From positions 576,001 to 640,000 of the forward strand of contig OZ241907.1 in NCBI GenBank assembly GCA_965203515.1: a stretch of DNA of 64,000 bases, written 5' to 3'. The DNA comes from Spirochaetia bacterium (GTDB taxonomy: Bacteria; Spirochaetota; Spirochaetia; SZUA-6; Bin103). This document shows, piece by piece, positions 10,354 through 19,112 of the stretch (within the stretch, counting starts at the first letter, position 1; every line of letters begins with the position of its first letter). The position numbers were made by a program, and so were the translations under genes. Below the pieces are notes generated by a model that was not told the origin of the DNA, ran no database searches, and saw only the letters and a program-made list of their open reading frames with translations.

Positions 10354-11901
10354 TATCGAGTGACGGAGGTCGGCGCCGCCACGCAGCTCCTGATCGACGA
10401 TCACGTCGTCGACGACGTATGGATGCTCCGCCGGGTCCCGGAGATGCCGGCCAAGCATCCGGGCAACCCGCTGCCGATCGCGCCCAGCCTGTACGACCCC
10501 GACGAAAAGCTGTTCAAGGCGTGGTATCCGGTGTTCCGGGAAGACCCTGAGGACGACCCCGGCAACGAGGCGCTGTACGCCCGCGCGTACGCCGTGTCGG
10601 AGGACGGCTTCGCATGGCGCAAGCCGGAGCTCGGCATCGTCGAGCACGACGGATCGAAGCGGAACAACCTCATCGACACCTCGGCGATGAAGGGCGAGTT
10701 CGGGGTGGCGCTGAAGGATCCGCACGATCCCGATCCGCGCAAGCGGTACAAGGGGACGATCAAGCGCTGGTACCACCACGTCGATCCCGACCGGCGCGGG
10801 GGAGGGCGGCTGTTCGCCGCGTACTCGGCCGACGGCATCGACTGGCGCCTGTACCCGGACGAGCGGTCGATCATCCGCGACTCCAACGACGGCAACGGCT
10901 GCTTCCTCTACGACGAACGGATCGGCCGGTACGTGAACTTCCGCCGGCCGACCATCCTGGCCGGCCCGCGCGGCCAGCGGCCCGGCGACCTGGGGTTCCC
11001 GGAGGTCGAAGGCGACGCCGGCGGGCTGCGCCGGCATCCCGAGGCGGACGACTACCTGCACCGCTACCTGCGCGCGGCGCCGTACGTCGACACGCGCGCG
11101 GCGGTCGGCGCCACCGATCACGCGCACGAAGGGATCGGCTGCAACCGCCGGATCGCCCGGGCGGAGAGCGACGACTTCGTGCACTGGACCGAGCCGGAGG
11201 TGATCATCCGCCCCGACGAGCTCGACCCGCCGCGCCTCTACGGCATCGACGTCACCGTCTGCGCGGGCGTCTATCTGGGGGTGCTGCAGGTCTTCAACAA
11301 ATGGGGGCTGAAGGGGTACCTGGGCGATCCGTCGCAGGCCGACACGATCGACGTTCAGTTGACCTTCAGCCGGGACGGCTTCCGCTGGGAACGGCTGGCC
11401 AACCGACCGGTGTTCATTCCGCGCGGCGTGATCGGTAGCTGGGACGGCGGCATGATCGCCGGCGCGCGGATGATCGAGTACGGGGACGAGGTGCGCTGCT
11501 ACTACAGCGGCCACAGCGGTTCCCACAACGTCGCGCAGCGGACCAGCGGGACCGGCCTGGCCACGCTGCCCAAGGACCGGTTCGTGGCGCGCGCGGCCGC
11601 CGACGAGTTGGGCGTGCTGATCACCAGGCCGTTCCGCCTGGAGGGCGACCGCCTGCGGATCAACGCGGACGCCTCCCGCGGGCGGATCAAGGTCGAGGTC
11701 GCCGACCCGATCGGGACGCCGCTGCCGGGACTGACGGTCGGCGACTGCCGGCCGATCGAACGGGACGGGCTGCGCCTGCCGGTGACCTGGAACGGCGGCA
11801 AGACGCTGCAGGCCGCCGCCGGACAGGTGGTGCGGCTCCGCTTCTATCTCTACGACTCGAAGCTCTATGCGTTCACGGTCGGCAGGAACCGGAAGGCGTA
11901 G
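10324..11901 (+). CDS. glycosidase-like beta-propeller protein (paralogue 2)
   Basis: 'QLLIDD', 'YAVSEDG..W.KPELG', 'ARAESDDFVHW', 'SRDGFRW', C-terminal 'KLYAF'. Confidence 0.7.
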   Translation: MQDRLTMQDRYRVTEVGAATQLLIDDHVVDDVWMLRRVPEMPAKHPGNPLPIAPSLYDPDEKLFKAWYPVFREDPEDDPGNEALYARAYAVSEDGFAWRKPELGIVEHDGSKRNNLIDTSAMKGEFGVALKDPHDPDPRKRYKGTIKRWYHHVDPDRRGGGRLFAAYSADGIDWRLYPDERSIIRDSNDGNGCFLYDERIGRYVNFRRPTILAGPRGQRPGDLGFPEVEGDAGGLRRHPEADDYLHRYLRAAPYVDTRAAVGATDHAHEGIGCNRRIARAESDDFVHWTEPEVIIRPDELDPPRLYGIDVTVCAGVYLGVLQVFNKWGLKGYLGDPSQADTIDVQLTFSRDGFRWERLANRPVFIPRGVIGSWDGGMIAGARMIEYGDEVRCYYSGHSGSHNVAQRTSGTGLATLPKDRFVARAAADELGVLITRPFRLEGDRLRINADASRGRIKVEVADPIGTPLPGLTVGDCRPIERDGLRLPVTWNGGKTLQAAAGQVVRLRFYLYDSKLYAFTVGRNRKA

Positions 11902-13391
11902 AGCTTCACGTCGCGCATCAGGAACCGCAGGCGGACCGGCCGGCCGGCGGCGGGGCTCACGTCGCTGCGCCCCTGCCAGGTGACCGTCTTGGAGACGCCG
12001 TTGCCGAGCACGGCGTCGGCGGCGTCCCTGCCGAACCCCGGCAGCGGATGCCCTTCGCCGTCGAGCAGCTCCACCTTCAGCCAGCCGCCGGCGCCGGCGT
12101 CGCAGTTGAGGGCGAGCGTCCGCCCCGTGAAGCGGACCGCCGGCGTGGTCAGCTCGCCGCCGCCGTAATCGGCGTCCGCGGAGATGAACCCGTCGCGCCG
12201 CAGCGACGCGCGGAAGATGCCGGAGCGCTTGCCCAGCCGGCGCTCGTCGCCGCTCTCCACCGGGCCGCCGTGCCGGCGCTGCATGCCGGCGTAGTAGAGC
12301 CACAGCTCGTCCCCGGCGGGGATCAGCCACGGGTTCGCGTACAGCATGCCGCTGGTGACGCTGCCGTCCAGCCCGCGGCGGAGGAACGGCTTGCGGCCGC
12401 CGGCGCGGTTCCAGCGCACGCCGTCGCGGCTGGTCAGGAGCTGCACGTCCATGGTGGCCGGCCGGTCGTCCTCTCCCCAGTGATAGAAGACGGACGGCAG
12501 CATCAGGTAGACGTCCTGCGCCCACGGATACTGCATCGCGCAGCTCGTGTAGAAGTCGATGTTCGGGCGCGGATCGTCGCGCTGCCAGGGAACCGGGATG
12601 GCCAGGTCCTGCGCGTCCGCCTCGAAGGTGACGGCGAGCGGCGACCACGTGCGGAAGTCGGGGGAGGTGATGCGGCCCACGCACCGATAGCTGCCCCTGC
12701 CGGCTGCCTGCGCCGCCTCGTCGACGATCTGCGTCTCGCGGACGCGGACGTAGCCGACGTACCGCGCCAGCCGGTCGTCCCAGAACAGCATGTTCTGCAC
12801 GTCGCACATCGCGTCGCGCGGGTTGGGCTGATCGGGGTACGGCTCCCAGTGGATGCCGTCGGGCGAACGCATCGCCCACAACCCCTGCAGCGCGCCGGCG
12901 GCGATCTCCCGGTCGGTGGGCCGGAACTTGGTCCACAACTTGTAGCGTTCCGCGGCGGGGGCGCGGTCATCGCGGAAGACGGTCGCCCCCTGCATGCTCT
13001 GCCGTTCGTCCCGGGGCGCGACGATGTTGTTGCGCGTCGATCCGCGGAACGGGATCAGGCCGAGCTCGGGCTTGCGCCAGTGCAGGCCGTCGTCCGATTC
13101 GGCATAGGCGAGGCGCCGGGCGCCTTCCGAAGGCAGGCCGGCCTTCATCCACGCGTCGTACCACATGCGGAAGGCGCCGTTCGGCTCCCGCCACACGGTG
13201 TTGTAGGCGCCGATGCCCAACTCCTCCCACGGCCGGTCGGAGACCAGCACCGGCTCCGGGTGCTGGACCGGCGGGTTCATCGTCAGCGTGACGCCGGCGC
13301 TCGACTCGATGAACCGTTCGTCGATGAAGAGCTGCGGGCGCGCGTCGATCGGCAGCGCGCCGCTGCCGATCGACGGCGAGGCGCGGCTCAC
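11865..13391 (-). CDS. glycosidase-like beta-propeller protein (paralogue 3)
   Basis: GTG start overlapping the upstream PhyH stop (GTGA). 'QLFIDERF', 'YAESDDGLHWRKPELG', 'SRDGVRW', 'LRRDGF', 'KLYAF'. Confidence 0.7.
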   Translation of the reverse strand: MSRASPSIGSGALPIDARPQLFIDERFIESSAGVTLTMNPPVQHPEPVLVSDRPWEELGIGAYNTVWREPNGAFRMWYDAWMKAGLPSEGARRLAYAESDDGLHWRKPELGLIPFRGSTRNNIVAPRDERQSMQGATVFRDDRAPAAERYKLWTKFRPTDREIAAGALQGLWAMRSPDGIHWEPYPDQPNPRDAMCDVQNMLFWDDRLARYVGYVRVRETQIVDEAAQAAGRGSYRCVGRITSPDFRTWSPLAVTFEADAQDLAIPVPWQRDDPRPNIDFYTSCAMQYPWAQDVYLMLPSVFYHWGEDDRPATMDVQLLTSRDGVRWNRAGGRKPFLRRGLDGSVTSGMLYANPWLIPAGDELWLYYAGMQRRHGGPVESGDERRLGKRSGIFRASLRRDGFISADADYGGGELTTPAVRFTGRTLALNCDAGAGGWLKVELLDGEGHPLPGFGRDAADAVLGNGVSKTVTWQGRSDVSPAAGRPVRLRFLMRDVKLYAFRFLPTVNA

Positions 13392-14305
13392 TGCGGTCCT
13401 TCCATCCACGGGTACATCGGGCCCCGGAACGGGGTCGGCTCGGTGGGGCGGGGGTAGGAGCGTTTCTGCGGGTCCTTGGCCAGGCTGTCCCGCCACGCGG
13501 CGGCCCACGCTTCGCAGGTGGTCAGCGAGTGCGGGGCGGAGCGGCTGCGCGCGGTCAGGCTTGGCCACTCCGGCCGCGGCGACGGCGTGCCGAGGGTCTG
13601 GTAGCGCAGGTCCATGCTCCAGCGGATGCCGTCCGTGCGGTTGGGACCGGAGCCGTGCGGGCAGAGCTTGTGGATGAAGATCACGTCGCCCTTGCGCATC
13701 GGCACGGTCACCGGCTGGCACGGCGGCTGCGAGTCGAGGCTCCAGTAGACCGTGCGTCGCCGGTGCAGGCCGGGACAGAGCTGCAGGCAGCCGTTGGCGG
13801 CGGTCGCCTCGTTCAGCGGAAACCAGACGGTGAGCACGAACAGGTCGCGCGCCTCCGGCGTGGTGAAGATCGCGTCCTGGTGCCAGGGAGCGATGTTGGA
13901 GCCCTTGTGCTCCGCCTCGTCCGACGGGAGCTTGGCGCGCACGTGGGAGATGGCGTTGCAGACGATCTCGGGGCCGATGAACCCCTCGACCAGGTCGAGC
14001 AGGCGCGGGTTGCGCATCACCTCGAACAGGCCGCGCGTGCGGGTCCGGCCGATGTCCAGGGCCGAGTCGGACGCGAAGTAGGTCGCCGCGTCCTCGTCGC
14101 AGATGCGGGCCAGCCGCGTGTCGAACGGTTCGTCGTCGTAGAGGCGCGAGATGCGCCCCTCCGCGCGCAGTCGGCGCGCGATGCGGTCGACGATCGCCGC
14201 GTAGTCGTCGATCACCGGCTGCAGGTCCTCGCCGGTCAGCGCCCCCTCCACCACCACGTACCCCTGCTCCACGAACCGATCGCGGTGCTCCCGGCTCAGC
14301 TCCAT
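13388..14305 (-). CDS. phytanoyl-CoA dioxygenase (PhyH) family Fe(II)/2-OG oxygenase
   Basis: 'F.EQGYVVVEG', HxD motif 'PWHQD', 'NGCL', 'KGDVIFIH...PHGS..N....RWS.D.RY'. Confidence 0.9.
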   Translation of the reverse strand: MELSREHRDRFVEQGYVVVEGALTGEDLQPVIDDYAAIVDRIARRLRAEGRISRLYDDEPFDTRLARICDEDAATYFASDSALDIGRTRTRGLFEVMRNPRLLDLVEGFIGPEIVCNAISHVRAKLPSDEAEHKGSNIAPWHQDAIFTTPEARDLFVLTVWFPLNEATAANGCLQLCPGLHRRRTVYWSLDSQPPCQPVTVPMRKGDVIFIHKLCPHGSGPNRTDGIRWSMDLRYQTLGTPSPRPEWPSLTARSRSAPHSLTTCEAWAAAWRDSLAKDPQKRSYPRPTEPTPFRGPMYPWMEGPQ

Positions 14306-14415
14306 ACGCCTTGGCCGGCAGGATACCAGATCGAACGGCGCGCCGGATCGGGGCGGCCATGATCGGCGGCTCTGCTGGCGCCGGGCCGGCGGTTCCTGCA
14401 CACTGCCGGTGCGCC

Positions 14416-17400
14416 GTGATTGCCGAGACGCTTCCCGACCTTCCTCCGCGCATCGGCGATCTGGTCGAGGTGCGCTCGCGCCGCTGGCTGGTGGAAGCGG
14501 TCGAGCGACCCCATCTGCAGTCCGCGCGGGTGAGTCTGGCGTGCGCCGACGACGATGCCCAGGGAGAGACCCTGGAGGTCTACTGGGACCTGGAGCTCGA
14601 CCGGAGCATCCTGGCGCAGGAGGGGTGGAGCGGCCTGGGCGCCAAGGGCTTCGACCCGCCGCAGCAGTTCGGCGCGTTCCTGCGCACGCTGCGCTGGAAC
14701 TGCGTCACCGCCACCGATCCCAACCTGCTGCAGGCGCCGTTCCGGGCCGGCATCAAGATCGACGCCTACCAGATGGAGCCGTTGCGCAAGGCGCTGCGCC
14801 TGGCCCGCGTCAACCTGTTCATCGCCGACGACACCGGCCTGGGCAAGACGATCGAGGCCGGCCTGATCGCCCGCGAGTTGCTGCTCCGCAAGAAGGCGCG
14901 CACGGTGGTCGTGGCCGCCCCGGCCTCGGTGCTGGAGCAGTGGAAGTCGGAGCTGGAGGAACGGTTCGGGCTCCTGTTCGTGATCCTCGACCGCGCCTAC
15001 CTGGCGGGGATGCGCCGCGAGCGCGGCTTCGGGGTCAATCCGTGGTCGACCCACAGCCGCTTCATCGTGTCGCACAACCTGCTGATCGATCCGGCCTATG
15101 CCGATCCGCTGCGCGAGCGGCTCGGCGACTTGGCGCCCGGCAGCCTGTTGATCCTGGACGAAGCCCACCATGCGGCGCCGTCGAGCGGCGGGCGCTACGG
15201 CATCGAGACCCGGTTCACCCGCGCCGTGCGCGATCTGGGCGGCCGCTTCGAGCACCGCCTGTTCCTGTCCGCCACCCCGCACAACGGCCATTCCAACAGC
15301 TTCGCCACCTTGCTGGAGCTGCTCGATCCCTACCGCTTCACGCGCGGCGTGCCGGTGCGCGGCAGGGGCGCCCTGGACGAGGTGATGGTGCGCCGCATCA
15401 AGGAGGACCTGCGCGCGGTGCAGGGCGGATTCCCCCGCCGCGAGGTGCGCCGGATGGTGATCGACCGGCTGCCGGAGGAGGCGCCGGAGCTGGTGCTGTC
15501 GCGGCTGCTCGACGAGTACCGCGGCGTGCGGGAGGAGCGGTTGCAAGCGATCCCGGCGCGGGCGCGCGCCGCCGCCGGGCTGCTGGTGGTGGGACTGCAG
15601 CAGCGGCTGCTGTCATCGATCGAGGCGTTCGCCATCTCGCTCCGGCGGCATCGCCGGACGGTCCGGGAGCAGTGGGAGCGGGCGGCGGCCGGCGAGGGGC
15701 GCGGCGCTGACCAGGGCGCGGCGGACCGCGGAGCCGCGTTCGCGGCGACTGCCGCGGCGGACCGGTTCGCTGCGCCGCCGGACGCCGACGACGAGCGCGC
15801 GGAGCAGACCGACGACGAGCGCGCGGCCGACGATGAGGTCCAGGTCGAGGCGGTCAATGCCGTTGCCGAGCGGGCCGCGGCCGGGCGCGCCGCGGCCGGG
15901 ACGCCGGACGCCGAGTCGCTGTGGCGCCGGGAACAGGCGCTGCTGGAGCGGATGGAGCAGGCGGCGGACGCCGCGCGCGGCCGGCCCGACGCCAAGACGC
16001 GCGCGCTGATCCGCTGGATCGAGGAGCATCTGTGCCCCGACCGGCCGCGCTGGAACCACCGGCGGGTGCTGATCTTCACCGAGAACGTGGTCGGCACCAA
16101 GCGCTACCTGCGCGAGATGCTGGCGCAGGCCGTGGCTGGCACCGAGCTGGCCGAGGAGCGGATCGAGACGATCGACGGCCAGACCACCGGCGCCAACCGC
16201 CGGGAGCTGCAGCGCCGCTTCAACGCCGACCCGGAACATGACCCGCTACGCATCCTGATCGCCACCGACGCCGCGCGCGAGGGGCTCAACTTCCAGGCGC
16301 ACTGCACCGACCTGTTCCACTTCGACCTGCCCTGGAATCCGGGCCGGATCGAGCAGCGCAACGGCCGCATCGACCGCAAGCTGCAACCGGCGCCGCGCGT
16401 GCGCTGCCACTACTTCGCGCTGCCGCAACGCGCCGAGGACCGCGTGCTGGAAGTGCTGGTGCGGAAGACGGAGACGATCAAGCGCGAGTTGGGCAGCCTC
16501 TCCCAGGTGATCGACGACGACATCGAGCGCCGCCTGCGCGGCGGCATCCGGCACGCCGAAGCGGGGCGCCTGGCGCGGGCGATCGAAGCGGCCGACCCGG
16601 ACCGGGAGAAGAAGCGGGTCGCGGCCGAGGAGCTGGAGGCGGCGCGGGCGCGGCAGGAGGACCTCAAGGAGCAGATCGAGCGCTGCCGCGGCCTGCTCGA
16701 CCGGTCGCGCCGCTGGGCGCAGTTCACGCCGGAGCCGTTTCGCGCCGCGCTCTCCTGCTCGCTCGCCCTGCTCGGCGCGGAACCGTTGCGGGAAGGGCGC
16801 GCCGCGGACGGCTCGCCGGTGTGGACCTTCCCGCCGCTGGACGGCCGGGCGCGGACGGACGTGAGCTGGGCCGCCACCCTGGACACGTTGCGCGTACCGC
16901 GCAAGCGCAACCAGAAGCTGGCCGATTGGCGGCGCGAGGCGCCGCTCCGCCCGGTGGTGTTCGAGGATGCCGGCGTGCTCACCGACGCGACCGTGCACCT
17001 GCACCTGGAGCAGCGCATGGCGCAGCGCCTGCTGGCTCGCTTCCGCGCGCAGGGCTTCATCCATCACGACCTGTCCCGCGCCTGCCTGGTGCAGGCCGCC
17101 GACTCGATCCCGCGGGTGATCCTGCTGGGCCGGCTCTGCCTGTACGGGCGCGGCGCCGAGCGCCTGCACGAGGCCCTGACGCCGGTCGCCGCGCGCTGGA
17201 TCGAGCCGTCGCGCCGTACCGGGCCGCTACGGGCATACGCCGGGGAGGCCGAGGCGCGCACCCTCGAACGCCTGGAGGACGCGCTGCAGGACGCCCGCGC
17301 GCCGGGCCGAATGATCCACCACCGGCTGCTGGCAACCGCCGCCCGGGACCTGGAAGAGCTGCTGCCGCAGCTCGAAGAGCGCGCCGGGAGCGCCGCCGCG

Positions 17401-17712
17401 GGCGCCGCGGAGGGGCTGCGCCGGCGCGGGGAGAGCGAGGCGCGGCAGCTCCGCGAGACCCTGGAACGCCAGCGCCGGCGCGTGCGGGCGGAGCTCGACC
17501 GGCACGACGCCGAAGCGGCGCAGATCACGATGGAGTTCAGCGAGGATGAGCAGCGCCAGCGCCGGGCCGACGTGGCAGCGTGGCGCCGCCGCCTCACGCA
17601 ATTCGACCGCGACCTGGAATCCGAACCGGCCCGCATCCGCGATTTCTACGAGGTACGCGCGCAACGGGTCGAGCCGGTCGGTCTGGTCTACCTGTGGCCG
17701 GACACGGGATGA
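14416..17712 (+). CDS. drmD: DISARM SNF2-like helicase DrmD
   Basis: 'GDLVEVRSRRW', 'QAPFRAGI...YQMEPL', Walker A 'IADDTGLGKT', 'ILDEAHH', 'LSATPHNG', 'TDAAREGLN', 'PWNP.RIEQRNGRIDR', C-terminal 'EPVGLVYLWP'. Context includes drmMI/A/B/C. Confidence 0.9.
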   Translation: MIAETLPDLPPRIGDLVEVRSRRWLVEAVERPHLQSARVSLACADDDAQGETLEVYWDLELDRSILAQEGWSGLGAKGFDPPQQFGAFLRTLRWNCVTATDPNLLQAPFRAGIKIDAYQMEPLRKALRLARVNLFIADDTGLGKTIEAGLIARELLLRKKARTVVVAAPASVLEQWKSELEERFGLLFVILDRAYLAGMRRERGFGVNPWSTHSRFIVSHNLLIDPAYADPLRERLGDLAPGSLLILDEAHHAAPSSGGRYGIETRFTRAVRDLGGRFEHRLFLSATPHNGHSNSFATLLELLDPYRFTRGVPVRGRGALDEVMVRRIKEDLRAVQGGFPRREVRRMVIDRLPEEAPELVLSRLLDEYRGVREERLQAIPARARAAAGLLVVGLQQRLLSSIEAFAISLRRHRRTVREQWERAAAGEGRGADQGAADRGAAFAATAAADRFAAPPDADDERAEQTDDERAADDEVQVEAVNAVAERAAAGRAAAGTPDAESLWRREQALLERMEQAADAARGRPDAKTRALIRWIEEHLCPDRPRWNHRRVLIFTENVVGTKRYLREMLAQAVAGTELAEERIETIDGQTTGANRRELQRRFNADPEHDPLRILIATDAAREGLNFQAHCTDLFHFDLPWNPGRIEQRNGRIDRKLQPAPRVRCHYFALPQRAEDRVLEVLVRKTETIKRELGSLSQVIDDDIERRLRGGIRHAEAGRLARAIEAADPDREKKRVAAEELEAARARQEDLKEQIERCRGLLDRSRRWAQFTPEPFRAALSCSLALLGAEPLREGRAADGSPVWTFPPLDGRARTDVSWAATLDTLRVPRKRNQKLADWRREAPLRPVVFEDAGVLTDATVHLHLEQRMAQRLLARFRAQGFIHHDLSRACLVQAADSIPRVILLGRLCLYGRGAERLHEALTPVAARWIEPSRRTGPLRAYAGEAEARTLERLEDALQDARAPGRMIHHRLLATAARDLEELLPQLEERAGSAAAGAAEGLRRRGESEARQLRETLERQRRRVRAELDRHDAEAAQITMEFSEDEQRQRRADVAAWRRRLTQFDRDLESEPARIRDFYEVRAQRVEPVGLVYLWPDTG

Positions 17713-17719
17713 CGGACCG

Positions 17720-19075
17720 ATGAAGGACCTGCACTTTCAAGAACTCCGGCTCGAAAACTTCCGCTGCTTTCGCGAGCGACAGACAGCCCGGATGGCGCCG
17801 CTGACCCTGCTGGTCGGCGAGAACGGCACCGGCAAGACCTCGTTCCTGGCCGCGATGCCGGCGATTCTCGACGTTGCGAACGCTGCGAGCGTTGCGAGCT
17901 TCCCCAGTGAACCCGACTTCTGCAGCGCGCCTTACGATCTGGGCTCGTTCCCGGAACTAGTGCATCGACAGCGGCTCGGCGCGGGAGCCGAGTCGTTCGG
18001 TATCGGCTTCCGGTGCGGCGGAATCAAGCTTGGCGATTTCACGTTCGACGCAACGTTCATCCAGGGGAGGGACGCCGCGCCGGCGCTCGCTGCCACGTCG
18101 TGGAGCTCCGGCGACTCCTGGATCAGGGAGCATCGCAGTGCCTCCGATCCCCGCATCGAACTGGGCTGCGCACGCGGCGCATGGCGGCTGCCGGTTCCGG
18201 CTCGACGGCCCGACCCCAGCCGTCTCCACGGCGTCGCGGCATTCGAGAGGGCGAGGTTGTTCCTGATCGCGGCGGAACGCGGCGCGGCGGATGGTCTGCA
18301 ACCGCTGCCGGGCACCCGCGGATTTCCCACCAGAGACGATTACGACAACTTCGGCAGACTGTACGGCGCCGGCGCCGGCTGCGTCGCCAACTGGTACGAC
18401 GAAGCACCGTTTCCATCCAGCCCGCAGCGCACCTACGATCCGAAGCGTCTGGCCGACGATCCCCATGGTTATCTGGTGGCGGCGTTTCTCGCGGATATTC
18501 ACCAAAGGGACCGGGAGCGATGGCATGATCTGAAGCGAGGTATGGAGGAGTTTGGCCGCAGGTCCGGTCTGTTCGACGAGATATTCGTCACCCGCCTTGG
18601 CACGCACCAACACGATCGTTTCCGGTTGGAAGTACGGAAGTGGGGAAAGCAGGACAAGGGGCCGAAGCGCAACCTGATCGACGTCGGCTACGGCGTGAGC
18701 CAGGTGTTGCCTCTGTTGCTGGAGCTGGTCGACGAGGACGGCGCCCGGTCGTTCCTCGTTCAGCAACCCGAGGCATACCTTCACCCCGGCGCGCAGGCGG
18801 CTCTCGGCAGCCTGTTCTGCGCGACCGCGGCGTCCGGCCGCCAACTCATCGTCGAAACCCACAGCGACTACCTCATCGACCGCGTCCTGCTCGATATTCG
18901 AGACAAACGTACGGACTTGAAGCCGGATGACGTATCGATTCTCTATTTCGAGCGTGCAGACCACTCGGTGACGATTCACTCGATCCGCATCGACGCGGAA
19001 GGTAACGTGCTCGATGCTCCCGAGGGATACCGCAGGTTCTTCAAAGATGAGCTGCAACGGGTGATCGACTACTGA
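17720..19075 (+). CDS. ABC-type ATPase (AAA_15/AAA_21, DUF3696-like C-terminus)
   Basis: 'LENFRCF', Walker A GENGTGKT, signature 'DVGYGVSQVLP', 'QQPE.YLHP..Q', 'IVETHS'. Confidence 0.85.
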   Translation: MKDLHFQELRLENFRCFRERQTARMAPLTLLVGENGTGKTSFLAAMPAILDVANAASVASFPSEPDFCSAPYDLGSFPELVHRQRLGAGAESFGIGFRCGGIKLGDFTFDATFIQGRDAAPALAATSWSSGDSWIREHRSASDPRIELGCARGAWRLPVPARRPDPSRLHGVAAFERARLFLIAAERGAADGLQPLPGTRGFPTRDDYDNFGRLYGAGAGCVANWYDEAPFPSSPQRTYDPKRLADDPHGYLVAAFLADIHQRDRERWHDLKRGMEEFGRRSGLFDEIFVTRLGTHQHDRFRLEVRKWGKQDKGPKRNLIDVGYGVSQVLPLLLELVDEDGARSFLVQQPEAYLHPGAQAALGSLFCATAASGRQLIVETHSDYLIDRVLLDIRDKRTDLKPDDVSILYFERADHSVTIHSIRIDAEGNVLDAPEGYRRFFKDELQRVIDY

Positions 19076-19112
19076 TGTGCGCCATCGTCGATGCGGAAGC
19101 GCGCTGACGCGC

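Noticed and set aside
11859..11907. Inverted repeat GAAGCTCTATGCGTTC / GAAGGCGTAGAGCTTC that looks like a terminator or element end
   Set aside because: Explained by two convergent paralogues both encoding KLYAF at their overlapping 3' ends.
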